A DNA stretch of 63,553 nucleotides, the filler included, from Stramenopiles sp. TOSAG23-3 (Eukaryota), in NCBI GenBank assembly GCA_900128585.1. It is 10 parts of 10 records of this genome, joined end to end, with 100 filler letters (N's around TTAATTAATTAA, not from the genome) between each part and the next. Parts side by side here need not be neighbours in the genome. Positions count along the whole stretch, not along the records: positions 43,708 to 54,515 come from LT642785.1; positions 54,616 to 56,323 come from LT645508.1; positions 56,424 to 58,131 come from LT645509.1; positions 58,232 to 59,939 come from LT645510.1; positions 60,040 to 61,746 come from LT645511.1; positions 61,847 to 63,553 come from LT645512.1; 4 more parts are not named here. One strand, given 5' to 3'. Numbering within the stretch: position 1 is the stretch's first letter; every line of letters begins with the position of its first letter. The position numbers and the translations under genes are program-made. Positions 54,129-63,258 of this stretch are shown here, one piece after another. The notes beneath the pieces are model-generated. The model worked only from the letters and a program-made list of their open reading frames with translations. It was not told the origin of the DNA and did not search any database.

Positions 54129-54515
54129 ATGGCAGCAACAACAAAATCCGAATTGGAAAGTTATGTAAATAAGGTCGGTGTTCAACAGATATTTCAAGAG
54201 TTGTTAGAAGATGTAGTCACGACGAGACCAGACGATCCCATTGATTACTTGGTAGGACTGTTGACAGAAAAAGATGAACGCTCATCGGACGAGAAGAAGA
54301 AAATGTTGAAAGAGGTCTGGGAAACAGCCACGAATTTGGCGAAAAAGAAAAGGGTTAAAGATGTCCTGCGAGAATTAAGAAGCCCGACGGGGTTGCTGAC
54401 CCTGAACTTTCCAAACCATAAACGTCAAGTCATGTGCTGCTTGATCACCGTTTCAGGGGACAATATAGCTGATTACGACTCCTTTGTTTCAGATTCAATG
54501 GATATATTGGATGGA
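54129..54515 (+). CDS. RIIa/Dpy-30 dimerisation-docking domain protein, 3' truncated
   Basis: LESYVNKVGVQQIFQELLEDVVTTRPDDPIDYL; ATG at 54129; runs into the gap. Confidence 0.8.
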
Positions 54516-54615
54516 NNNNNNNNNNNNNNNNNNNNNNNNNNNNNNNNNNNNNNNNNNNNTTAATTAATTAANNNNNNNNNNNNNNNNNNNNNNNNNNNNN
54601 NNNNNNNNNNNNNNN
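54516..54615. other. Artificial contig spacer
   Basis: N44-TTAATTAATTAA-N44. Confidence 0.97.
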
Positions 54616-54777
54616 AAGAAGAAGAAGAAGAAGAAGAAGAAGAAGAAGAAGAAGAAGAAGAAGAAAAGAAGAAAGAAGAAAGAAGAAAGAAGAAGAAGAA
54701 AAAAAAGAAGAACAACAACAACAACAAAGAAGAAGAACAAAGAAGAAGAGAAGAAGAAGAAAAAAAAAGAAAAAAAT
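54616..54777. repeat. (GAA)n/(CAA)n tract at contig start
   Basis: Read directly from the sequence. Confidence 0.93.
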
Positions 54778-55113
54778 GATACTTCGTATACGGTAGTCTC
54801 TACTAATAATAAGAAGAAATAAAGAACAACTTTCAAGAAAGTGTAATTGAGGAATTTCAATGAATCATCCAAAATCAGATTATTATATCTACTCTTATAC
54901 CACTTGTAGAAAGAGATAATAAAATAATAGCATGGTATGTACGTTTGTTCCATATCAATCCATTCTTTTCTATCAAGAATTTCTAATTTGAATCATTGAA
55001 CGGAAGGAACGTTGAACAACAACGCTACGTTCAATTTGTTTCGGGTGCTTGCTTAGTCTGACCGCTACAGTTCGGTGGGGTACACAGAGGGAGGGGAGCG
55101 CTTTTGTATCGTT

Positions 55114-56199
55114 ATGGAGTTCGTCTCTTTGACCCCCCAAGAAGGAGGGGGGTCCTTGCCGGTTGCCCCTCAGGACTCTTTGTATTGGGTATTTCTTGGG
55201 CTGGGATTCGTGTCTTCACTCCTTGCACTGACGACAATCATCTCTTTCATAAGGGTGCACTACTACACGAAAGACTGGACGGTCCAGAAACTGTTGCAGT
55301 TGGTGATATTCCTGTGCAACACCTCTAGGGCAATCTTCTTCTTCGGTGTACACTTCAACTGGGAAGAGGTCACTGCTGCGGAGGACCAGCAGAACGCCGA
55401 TTCCATATTAAACGGGCGGGGCTTTCCTACAAAGTATTTCATCATGAACGAGCTCCCGGGGGTGCTGTTTTTTTCCGCGTCGACGTTGCTCCTCCTTGCG
55501 TGGGCAAAGATTTACTACACGGCGCAGGACAACTCTAAAATAGTGGACCAGTGGTTCCGCCCGACGTGCATCACGGCAAACGTGTGCGTGTACATAATGC
55601 AAGGGTCGCTCTGGCTGCTTTATGGGCTGTCGAATACCTTTACGAGCCTGCGCAAAGCGATCGAGCCGCTCCACGTTGCGTCGTCCACAACGATTGCCAT
55701 CGTGTTCCTAACGACGGGCATCATCCTTGTCATCTTTGGTAACCGTACCAGGGACGTGCTGAGCAGCGTGCCGGTCGACTTTCGAATTTTGAAAGAGAAA
55801 GTTCAGGAAATTAGATTGCTCGGGATCGTATGCACGGTCTGCTTTGGCCTCCGCGCGGCCTTTATTGCGTACGGGACGGTTGCCAACATCCTTGGGTTTA
55901 AGCGCAACTTGCCGGGCGTGGTGCCGTCTGTGTTCCTCAGCTGCTACTACATTTTGCTGGAGATCCTGCCGTGCACCATCATATTGTATTACTACAGGCG
56001 GCTGCCGCCTCCCCCACCGCGCACCCCGGCGGCGGATTTTCACCAGAACTACCATACAATGAACGACGGCCAAACCTCTCCGGTAACCAGTGGTCCAAGC
56101 AGTGGCGGGGGGTACAACAGAACAAAGAGCCGCTTTGGGTTCGACCAAGACGGCCCGGGCACAAACCCAAACCCCATTAATATGGGGCGGCACCAATGA
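55114..56199 (+). CDS. TOM1/THH1/TOM3 (DUF1084, GPR137-like) 7TM protein
   Basis: WTVQKLL...RAIFF, ELPGVLFFS...LLLAWAKIYY, VCTVCFGLR and YYILLEILP...ILYYYRRLPP; ATG at 55114. Confidence 0.88.
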   Translation: MEFVSLTPQEGGGSLPVAPQDSLYWVFLGLGFVSSLLALTTIISFIRVHYYTKDWTVQKLLQLVIFLCNTSRAIFFFGVHFNWEEVTAAEDQQNADSILNGRGFPTKYFIMNELPGVLFFSASTLLLLAWAKIYYTAQDNSKIVDQWFRPTCITANVCVYIMQGSLWLLYGLSNTFTSLRKAIEPLHVASSTTIAIVFLTTGIILVIFGNRTRDVLSSVPVDFRILKEKVQEIRLLGIVCTVCFGLRAAFIAYGTVANILGFKRNLPGVVPSVFLSCYYILLEILPCTIILYYYRRLPPPPPRTPAADFHQNYHTMNDGQTSPVTSGPSSGGGYNRTKSRFGFDQDGPGTNPNPINMGRHQ

Positions 56200-56323
56200 G
56201 AAGATGGAAGGTTATTTATGTACTCGGAAGTATTTAAAAATATAAAAACAAGAAAATTGGCTGTTATTTAAGTAATTAAATTTAGCTTCCTCATACCCTA
56301 ATCCTAACTTGGTTCTGTAGTTT

Positions 56324-56423
56324 NNNNNNNNNNNNNNNNNNNNNNNNNNNNNNNNNNNNNNNNNNNNTTAATTAATTAANNNNNNNNNNNNNNNNNNNNN
56401 NNNNNNNNNNNNNNNNNNNNNNN
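56324..56423. other. Artificial contig spacer
   Basis: N44-TTAATTAATTAA-N44. Confidence 0.97.
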
Positions 56424-56567
56424 TTTTATCTTCTTCTTCTTCTTTTATCTTCTTCTTCTTCTTTTATCTTCTTCTTCTTCTTTTATCTTCTTCTTCTTCT
56501 TTCTTCTTCTTCTTTTATCTTCTTCTTTCTTCTTTCTTCTTCTTCTTCTTCTTCTTCTTCTTCTTCT
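56424..56567. repeat. 19-bp unit TTTTATCTTCTTCTTCTTC repeated, grading into (TTC)n
   Basis: At least four full units are visible. Confidence 0.9.
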
Positions 56568-56860
56568 TGGAGGATGATAGTGTCTTGTACCGGTATTTTT
56601 TTTCTACAAGGTGGTTACCGTACAGTATAATTATTAGTCGTCTATTATTTTTTTATAATAAATTTTTTTTTGATGATTGTCATCACATTTTGTTGTTTCC
56701 CCTCTCCTATTATAAAATAAATCCACAAATACTGGTAGTGGTCTGCACCGTTCCCGTCGTACCCAATTCGTACGTACCAAGAAATATATTATTGTCTTCT
56801 TCTTGTTCGCGCGTGTTTTGAAGTGGCAAATTCGGCCACCGATGAAAAAGTGCTGGCATA

Positions 56861-57421
56861 ATGTCTGTAACTATTCAGAAAATAGGCTCCCCAATGTTGA
56901 GAAAGGCGTGTCGAGCAGTAAGGCCACCGTTTTCGAAGCAGGCACAGCAGTGTGCGAGCGATTTGTCAACCGCATTGGGTGAGTTTCGAAAGCTGAACGG
57001 TTTTGGCCGGGGTATTTCAGCACCACAAGTTGGCTATGATCTTCAAATAATAGCTTTGAATCTAGGGAGTGGGGACTTCCACTTATTCAATCCATTAATT
57101 ACAAAGAAGTCCGATGATACCTTTACGTTGTGGGACGACTGCATGTCGATTGATGACACCCTCGTGCGAGTTAGACGTCACGCCAGCATTGACATAACTT
57201 ATTTAAATAGCGACGGGGAAGAGCGACAGTGGAAAAATATAGATAAGGCCACGAGTGAGTTACTCCAGCACGAGTTAGACCACCTGAACGGAATCCTAAT
57301 GGTGGACAGGTTTGAAAGTAACCCGAATCGTGAACCGCACACAATCATGCGGGAAGACTACAACAAGGACCCAGAGCGCTATGGGGCGTTGGTAGATTAC
57401 GAAATTAAGCCTACAATATGA
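56861..57421 (+). CDS. def: Peptide deformylase-like protein (atypical DDCMS type)
   Basis: Motif 1 GRGISAPQVG, motif 2 DDCMS (canonical EGCLS), motif 3 QHELDHLNG. Confidence 0.9.
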   Translation: MSVTIQKIGSPMLRKACRAVRPPFSKQAQQCASDLSTALGEFRKLNGFGRGISAPQVGYDLQIIALNLGSGDFHLFNPLITKKSDDTFTLWDDCMSIDDTLVRVRRHASIDITYLNSDGEERQWKNIDKATSELLQHELDHLNGILMVDRFESNPNREPHTIMREDYNKDPERYGALVDYEIKPTI

Positions 57422-57533
57422 CGAGTAACTTGGTTTACGAATGTATTTATAAAATTATTGTAAGAATACAGATTTTTAAAATTAAACGTGCGGCGCAATT
57501 TTGTTTGAATGAAAATTCTAGAATCGGGAGCAT

Positions 57534-58130
57534 TTAAGCGTCAATAAAAGCGATGCGCATGTTATGATCTCGGAAACGCCAATAGCGACCTTCGATGTAA
57601 AGCTCGTGGACTGGGGTGGCACTCGCTTCCGAACGAAATATTGACTCGTCTTCCGCTAGATCACGAATTTCACGATCCAATTCCTCTGACATCGTCAGCC
57701 AACCACCTGTTGTGTCCGCTGATTTTGCTCCGTAAAGAACACTGCTCTTGGCATCGATTCCATCCCATGCATCGACCCGTTCATGGGGAGAGTTTGACGA
57801 AAAGGGCTTTCGATCAACGCACGAGAACAGTTCTGAAATATCCTCATTTCTCAGAACTTTCTGGGCAATGACCTCATCCCCCTTCTTTGTAAGACCTCGC
57901 TTTCGAATAAGTTTGAATAGAAAGTATATCTCTTTCCCGGAGATACAGCTTATAAGTTTCTGAAGTCCTTTTTCCAACTCTAGCCTTCTGCTGAGATCTA
58001 CGGTAAAAGTCGTGTCATACACGAGTCCGTCTCCAATCGGCATCGATGCAGTTTTCTGCGAGTGGATTCTTTCTTCGCCTTCGAAAACATCAAGTTGCAA
58101 ATAAAACTTTTGCTTTCCATCCTTTGTTTT
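57534..58130 (-). CDS. Hypothetical protein, 5' truncated; beta-rich, possibly C2-like
   Basis: The frame is open from the gap (KTKDGKQKFYLQLDVFEG...) to the TAA at 57534. Confidence 0.65.
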   Translation of the reverse strand, partial: KTKDGKQKFYLQLDVFEGEERIHSQKTASMPIGDGLVYDTTFTVDLSRRLELEKGLQKLISCISGKEIYFLFKLIRKRGLTKKGDEVIAQKVLRNEDISELFSCVDRKPFSSNSPHERVDAWDGIDAKSSVLYGAKSADTTGGWLTMSEELDREIRDLAEDESIFRSEASATPVHELYIEGRYWRFRDHNMRIAFIDA

Positions 58131-58131
58131 A

Positions 58132-58231
58132 NNNNNNNNNNNNNNNNNNNNNNNNNNNNNNNNNNNNNNNNNNNNTTAATTAATTAANNNNNNNNNNNNN
58201 NNNNNNNNNNNNNNNNNNNNNNNNNNNNNNN
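58132..58231. other. Artificial contig spacer
   Basis: N44-TTAATTAATTAA-N44. Confidence 0.97.
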
Positions 58232-58398
58232 AGTTTGATCGTTTCGTGGTCGTATACACATACAGATGTAAGTGTACCTTCTGGGAATCCTAAACGGCTA
58301 GGCCGGTCAGTGATTTCCAGGACATATTCGTATGTCACTCAAATAAAACAGGAACCAAAAATATAGTTATATCACACAATGCTGTGTGATTAAGTTTT

Positions 58399-59937
58399 TT
58401 ATGAAGTTGTCGGGTCATGCAATTTACCAGTTCTTCGCCCCATCAGTAAACTGTTCCCTACGATACAAACTACATCGTCAATATGACACGTATTGCTGTG
58501 CTCCTCAATATTTGGTATAGGTACATTTTTCTGGCAAATAGAACACTTTGCAGTCGAGACAATGATACCTACACCTGTAACTACATTAGAATTTCGAGAA
58601 GGATTTGGCCACTTCATGTCACCCACTGCCTTCTGCAGTGCCTCCATGTACCGTTCTGGCATTCGCTTGGCAACCGTCAGTTTGGTTATCTGTTCCGCGC
58701 TAAGCTCGTCGTCGCCACCGTTTTTTGCCGCTTCTAGCAATGTCTCTGCACGTGCCAATTTCTCACGAGCCAAAAACCATTTCTTGGATTCCACGTCATG
58801 GTCCATTGCTGAATTTCGCAGCGAACGTAAGAAGAGTTTTCTTTCGTACAACATGAAGGCATTCTTTTTAACAATTTCAAAAGCATCGTTGGTATCGCTG
58901 TCCCGCGCTTCATCTCTGGTGTTTACTTCAATTCTTTGCTGGCTGACCGTTTCAAACACTTCCTTTGCAACTTTCCCTGAACATCCTTCCACCGTAGAGC
59001 CCAACATCTTCTCGGAAACGTTGCTTTGCTTCAAAACTCGCAAGACGTTTTCTAATTCCTGCCTTGCGATCTCCGTTATATCGTGCGTCTCAATATCAGT
59101 ATACAGCTCTTCGGCAACTTCTGCATGCAACTTATCTTTCAATGTTTTCTCGGCCCTCGCGGCTTCCAAAGCTTCGCTTGGAATGTTTGCCATAATGTCA
59201 TCCAGTACAAAATGAAAAATGTTATGTGAAACGTCATTTTTGATGAACTCTTCCACTGCTGCATCCAATTCCTTCCGCGCAATGCCTACCATTTCTTCCG
59301 TTTCAAGACTTCCATACGTACTGGCTATGACGTCCTCCCGTGCCCGTACTAGTTTAGCATCACATAATTCAGACTCTCCCAGGTCGTAAATTACACTGGT
59401 TTCCATCTCGGTGAAAGATACATGGATCGCCTCCTCCATCACCTTATCGTCAAATGCGCGGTGCAGTTCCTCGGCGCATATGCTTGAAACCAAAGATTGC
59501 ACTACCACGTCCATGGTTTCACAACTTATTTGATTATGTATTCTATTGTCATGCAAAGTTCTCAGTACCGTTCCCGCAAGGGCAACCATTATTTCCCTAT
59601 GGACTTCCTCAAATATTTCACAAGAAATACTCTCATGGAGTTTATCGAGTTTTTCCTTGTTTCCCAAAGCGATCTCTTTTTTAAGCTCGCTCAAGACCAA
59701 ATGTGGTTTGCCCGATAGGGTCGAAATCTTGGCGGGCGGCGCGGCTACAAACGGGCCTGCTACATTATTTGGCCACTGCTGCTCATTTGTCTTGATTAAA
59801 CCGATGCTCTTGCACAGTTTATAAAATGCAAACACGCCACTGGCAATTTTTGCTGGGTTCTGCCAATGGTACAATTCGTCGACACTGAACACTGCCGCTG
59901 GGACCACCCCGATCGATATCGCTTCTTTGAAAAACAT
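58399..59937 (-). CDS. 5'-truncated protein: end of a calponin-homology-like domain, acidic helical region, C-terminal C2HC zinc finger
   Basis: FFKEAISIGVVPAAVFSVDELYHWQNPAKI resembles the C-terminal half of a CH domain; CSICQKNVPIPNIEEHSNTC is UBZ-like. Confidence 0.7.
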   Translation of the reverse strand: MFFKEAISIGVVPAAVFSVDELYHWQNPAKIASGVFAFYKLCKSIGLIKTNEQQWPNNVAGPFVAAPPAKISTLSGKPHLVLSELKKEIALGNKEKLDKLHESISCEIFEEVHREIMVALAGTVLRTLHDNRIHNQISCETMDVVVQSLVSSICAEELHRAFDDKVMEEAIHVSFTEMETSVIYDLGESELCDAKLVRAREDVIASTYGSLETEEMVGIARKELDAAVEEFIKNDVSHNIFHFVLDDIMANIPSEALEAARAEKTLKDKLHAEVAEELYTDIETHDITEIARQELENVLRVLKQSNVSEKMLGSTVEGCSGKVAKEVFETVSQQRIEVNTRDEARDSDTNDAFEIVKKNAFMLYERKLFLRSLRNSAMDHDVESKKWFLAREKLARAETLLEAAKNGGDDELSAEQITKLTVAKRMPERYMEALQKAVGDMKWPNPSRNSNVVTGVGIIVSTAKCSICQKNVPIPNIEEHSNTCHIDDVVCIVGNSLLMGRRTGKLHDPTTS

Positions 59938-59939
59938 GT

Positions 59940-60039
59940 NNNNNNNNNNNNNNNNNNNNNNNNNNNNNNNNNNNNNNNNNNNNTTAATTAATTAANNNNN
60001 NNNNNNNNNNNNNNNNNNNNNNNNNNNNNNNNNNNNNNN
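59940..60039. other. Artificial contig spacer
   Basis: N44-TTAATTAATTAA-N44. Confidence 0.97.
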
Positions 60040-60201
60040 TTCTGATTTAAAAATAAAGAGTGTACAACTATCTACTATCTTCTATAATATTGTTTACGCT
60101 TCTCGCTTCCAAGCACAACATTCAGCACTGAAGTATATAAGCTGTCAATATTCCAGCATCGTAGGCCAAGATTAAACCACTCCGCGAGCTCATCAGAAAC
60201 A

Positions 60202-60558
60202 ATGACGGGATGGGGCAAAGAATTACCAAACGTGCGCATCATGCTCGAGGACGGCACAGTCGCAAAGAAAGGTTGCCTGTTTTCCTTCCAAAATTACGAG
60301 GGTGACGAGGATAACAGCCTGTACCTTACAGCTATCACAGACAAAGGTCACTTGAAATTCCTAACCGAGGGGGCTTTCGGCCTTGACATAAAGAGTCAGT
60401 TTCACGGGAAGACGCATGCGGAATTATATCTTCCCTTGTCCGTCGCTGCGGAGTCTCCGGTGTGCTACAGCAGAGGGGGCTTGGTAAATACGGCATGGAT
60501 CACGGAGAAGAGGTGCCTTCCCAGGCGCATCAAGTATCACAACAAGGCCTTCTCTTGA
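60202..60558 (+). CDS. Possible small hypothetical protein or gene fragment
   Basis: 118-aa ORF with protein-like composition, overlapping the end of the opposite-strand ORF; no motif recognised. Confidence 0.3.
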   Translation: MTGWGKELPNVRIMLEDGTVAKKGCLFSFQNYEGDEDNSLYLTAITDKGHLKFLTEGAFGLDIKSQFHGKTHAELYLPLSVAAESPVCYSRGGLVNTAWITEKRCLPRRIKYHNKAFS

Positions 60559-61744
60559 TCTTGTAAGACGCCCCACTTTTGTATGCATACAGAGGCGATT
60601 CGGCTATTGAACTAGTAGAAGCAATCGAGGGACTACTAGCGGGGGAAAAAAACATGCTTTCCTCCACTCCCTCCGAATTTTTAGGCGAGCCGACAGTGAT
60701 AACCGTGTCTGTCCAGAGCAAAAGTTCCTCTGAAATGTCTGAAATGATGGTCATTGCCATCGCCGAGTCTTCCGCATTCTCTTTAACGGGTTCCACCGCT
60801 TTTGCGACCAAAGTCGGCAGCGCCTCTGTGTTCTCCTCGGTCGGTTCTACAGCTTTGGCAACTATAACAACGGGAACACTGTTCTGTGGCAAAGTTGTGA
60901 TCTCGGCTGCATCTCCACCGTGCGCTTCCGTGCGAGCAAATTGCACTTTCCCTTCCAAACCTATTCATTGAAGCGTTTCTGCTGCAGATCGCAGTGGCAC
61001 GGTCTTCTGCTTAACTTTTTCTATAACGAACGTATCGTTTGTTTCTTCTCGAGAGGATTCCGACCTTTTTGCTTGCTGATCTACAAAAGATTTTATAGCA
61101 CGGCATTGGGCCATGTACAAATCCTCCGATCCCCAGAGCTGCATCATGGAAAAAATGCCGCAAAGGCTTATGCTCGGTACTAACATGCATATACTCAAAA
61201 TTCTGGCATTAGTGACTGAATTGGATGTTTCCCATGGATAGGTTGATAACTTTGCGTGGCCTTCTGTGAAGACCCCATACACTGATTTAAAATAGTACCC
61301 ATTGTCATTGTTTTTTTGCAAGGCCCCTGCAGGAATCGAAAGTCCTAAACCGCTACCCAAGTGCTCTGACAACCCAATAAGAGATTTTAAAACTGACGGA
61401 ATTAAATATGTGCTTACAGTCGGCTGCCAAGACTTTATCAAGAGGCACTTTACCCCTAACTCTGTCATGTATATTCTCACTCGGGTTTGCGACGTGTTTT
61501 CCTCCTCATCATGAACCGTTGTGCTTCTTTGGAGAGGCGGCACACTCATTATATTTTTTTGGAAATGTAAGATGACCCGCTCTACTGTATCTTTCTTCAG
61601 AGTCTTAAACATGCGGCTCGTTTTGGACTGTGCGACTTTATCGAAATCTATGGACTGCGTATGCATGAGGTGGCAAAATAGACGAAACGTTGATAATCTG
61701 GCAGCAAACAATATTGGCAACTGTTTTAGAACTGCTTTGTAAAT
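60530..61744 (-). pseudogene. 5'-truncated hypothetical gene with one in-frame TGA (60965-60967), or a gene that ends at 60965
   Basis: ORFs 60965..61720 and 60530..60958 are in the same frame (...ETLQ*IGLEGKVQF...), and the downstream part is coding-like with a duplicated VAKAVEPxxEN. Confidence 0.5.
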
Positions 61745-61746
61745 GT

Positions 61747-61846
61747 NNNNNNNNNNNNNNNNNNNNNNNNNNNNNNNNNNNNNNNNNNNNTTAATTAATT
61801 AANNNNNNNNNNNNNNNNNNNNNNNNNNNNNNNNNNNNNNNNNNNN
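61747..61846. other. Artificial contig spacer
   Basis: N44-TTAATTAATTAA-N44. Confidence 0.97.
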
Positions 61847-62028
61847 AGCCTTTTCGGGATTCCAAGAAGGCTAACATAGATTTAACCTTCCAGTGTTATC
61901 GTTATGCTAAATAAGCAACGCGGTGAATATGAAAAACAAAACTAATAATATGATATCATTTTTTATTAAATATCGCAATTTTTTGTTTTTATAAAATGTG
62001 ACATCCCCGCACACCCCTCTCTCCTCGT

Positions 62029-62886
62029 TCACATTTTTGTATACGTGACTGGGGCACAACTGTCATGCGGGCGCTGGAATGACTGGAGGGGCTCCACGGA
62101 ATACGTGTGGATCACTTTATCTCCAATTTTTAACGTTTCGGTCCACCCACTGTTGCTTCCCTTGCGGGAAATAAACACGAAAGGGAACCGGCGATGCAGT
62201 GTCGTGCACGGAACACTACTGAGGTCCTGTCCCATGCACTTCTTTCTCCAAGTGTCTCCATAGACTTTGTTCAGGAACAAATCGCTTTCACAGGGAATCG
62301 GAACCATGTGAGTTCCGAACGGGGCAAGAACAGTAGGAAAGAACCAAGAAACGGGGAAAATATCAGGCTCTCGTTTATGGTGCCGCCGGTACCACAGGGA
62401 ACACCTCCCATTGATTCCTATGCATTTAACATTGGAGACATTTGATCTGGCAAACAAAAACAAATCAATGTAATAATGGTAGCGAGTGTAGATGTGATAA
62501 CCAAAATTGGTTTCATGGCAGTTTGCTACGCCTCCGTTATTTAAGACTTCCATTATCAAGGAAGTGTTTGTCTCAAACACGGCAATATCAACATCTTTCT
62601 CCAAGTGTTTCATAATCGCGGCATGGTGCCGCTTAACGCCTAAAACCGATCCAAAAAGTAGTGATGACTTGATCTTTTCATTGTTGAATAAATCAATGAT
62701 GTACTCTACTTCGTCATACACAGTAGAAAAACTCTTTGTGCATTCATAACCTTTGCACTTAAAGGTAGTAACGTTTACCCCATGAGCCCAGGGCGGGGTG
62801 ATCACATTCCCTCTAAAATATCGAAATGCTAACATTACTATCAAGATTCCAAACAGCACGGCATTCCCAAATGCATTTACCCTCAT
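62029..62886 (-). CDS. LicD/fukutin-family nucleotidyltransferase-fold protein, type II membrane
   Basis: N-terminal TM from ATG 62886; LLFGSVLGVKRH...KDVDIAV (cf. GTLLGAxR...DxD), YIDLF and FLNKVYGDTW. Confidence 0.8.
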   Translation of the reverse strand: MRVNAFGNAVLFGILIVMLAFRYFRGNVITPPWAHGVNVTTFKCKGYECTKSFSTVYDEVEYIIDLFNNEKIKSSLLFGSVLGVKRHHAAIMKHLEKDVDIAVFETNTSLIMEVLNNGGVANCHETNFGYHIYTRYHYYIDLFLFARSNVSNVKCIGINGRCSLWYRRHHKREPDIFPVSWFFPTVLAPFGTHMVPIPCESDLFLNKVYGDTWRKKCMGQDLSSVPCTTLHRRFPFVFISRKGSNSGWTETLKIGDKVIHTYSVEPLQSFQRPHDSCAPVTYTKM

Positions 62887-63106
62887 ATTACTGCCAGTAT
62901 TTAATTGGCCGTATATAAGATCCTTCAAATTTACTTACCAGCATCACATTTCGATGCCGTTTCTTTCTTTTTTCTCGCTCGCAGCGTTCGATGGAAAAAA
63001 TATACATTGTCAGCCCTCAAAGTCGTTTAGTTTCTGTGCGAATACGTATTGCTACGATCTCTGTCATTTGAGAAAATTAATAATTTCGTCAGATTTTGAT
63101 TCACCG

Positions 63107-63258
63107 GAAAGAAGAGGAAGAAAGAAGAAAGAAAAAAAAAGAATAATTGAAAAAACGAAAAGGCGAAGGGAAGAAAGAAGAAGAAGAAAAAAAAAAAGAA
63201 GAAGAAGGAAGAAGAAAAAAAGAAAAAAAGGGAAGAAGAAGAAGAAAGAATAGAAAGA
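63107..63258. repeat. GAA-rich purine tract
   Basis: Read directly from the sequence. Confidence 0.9.
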
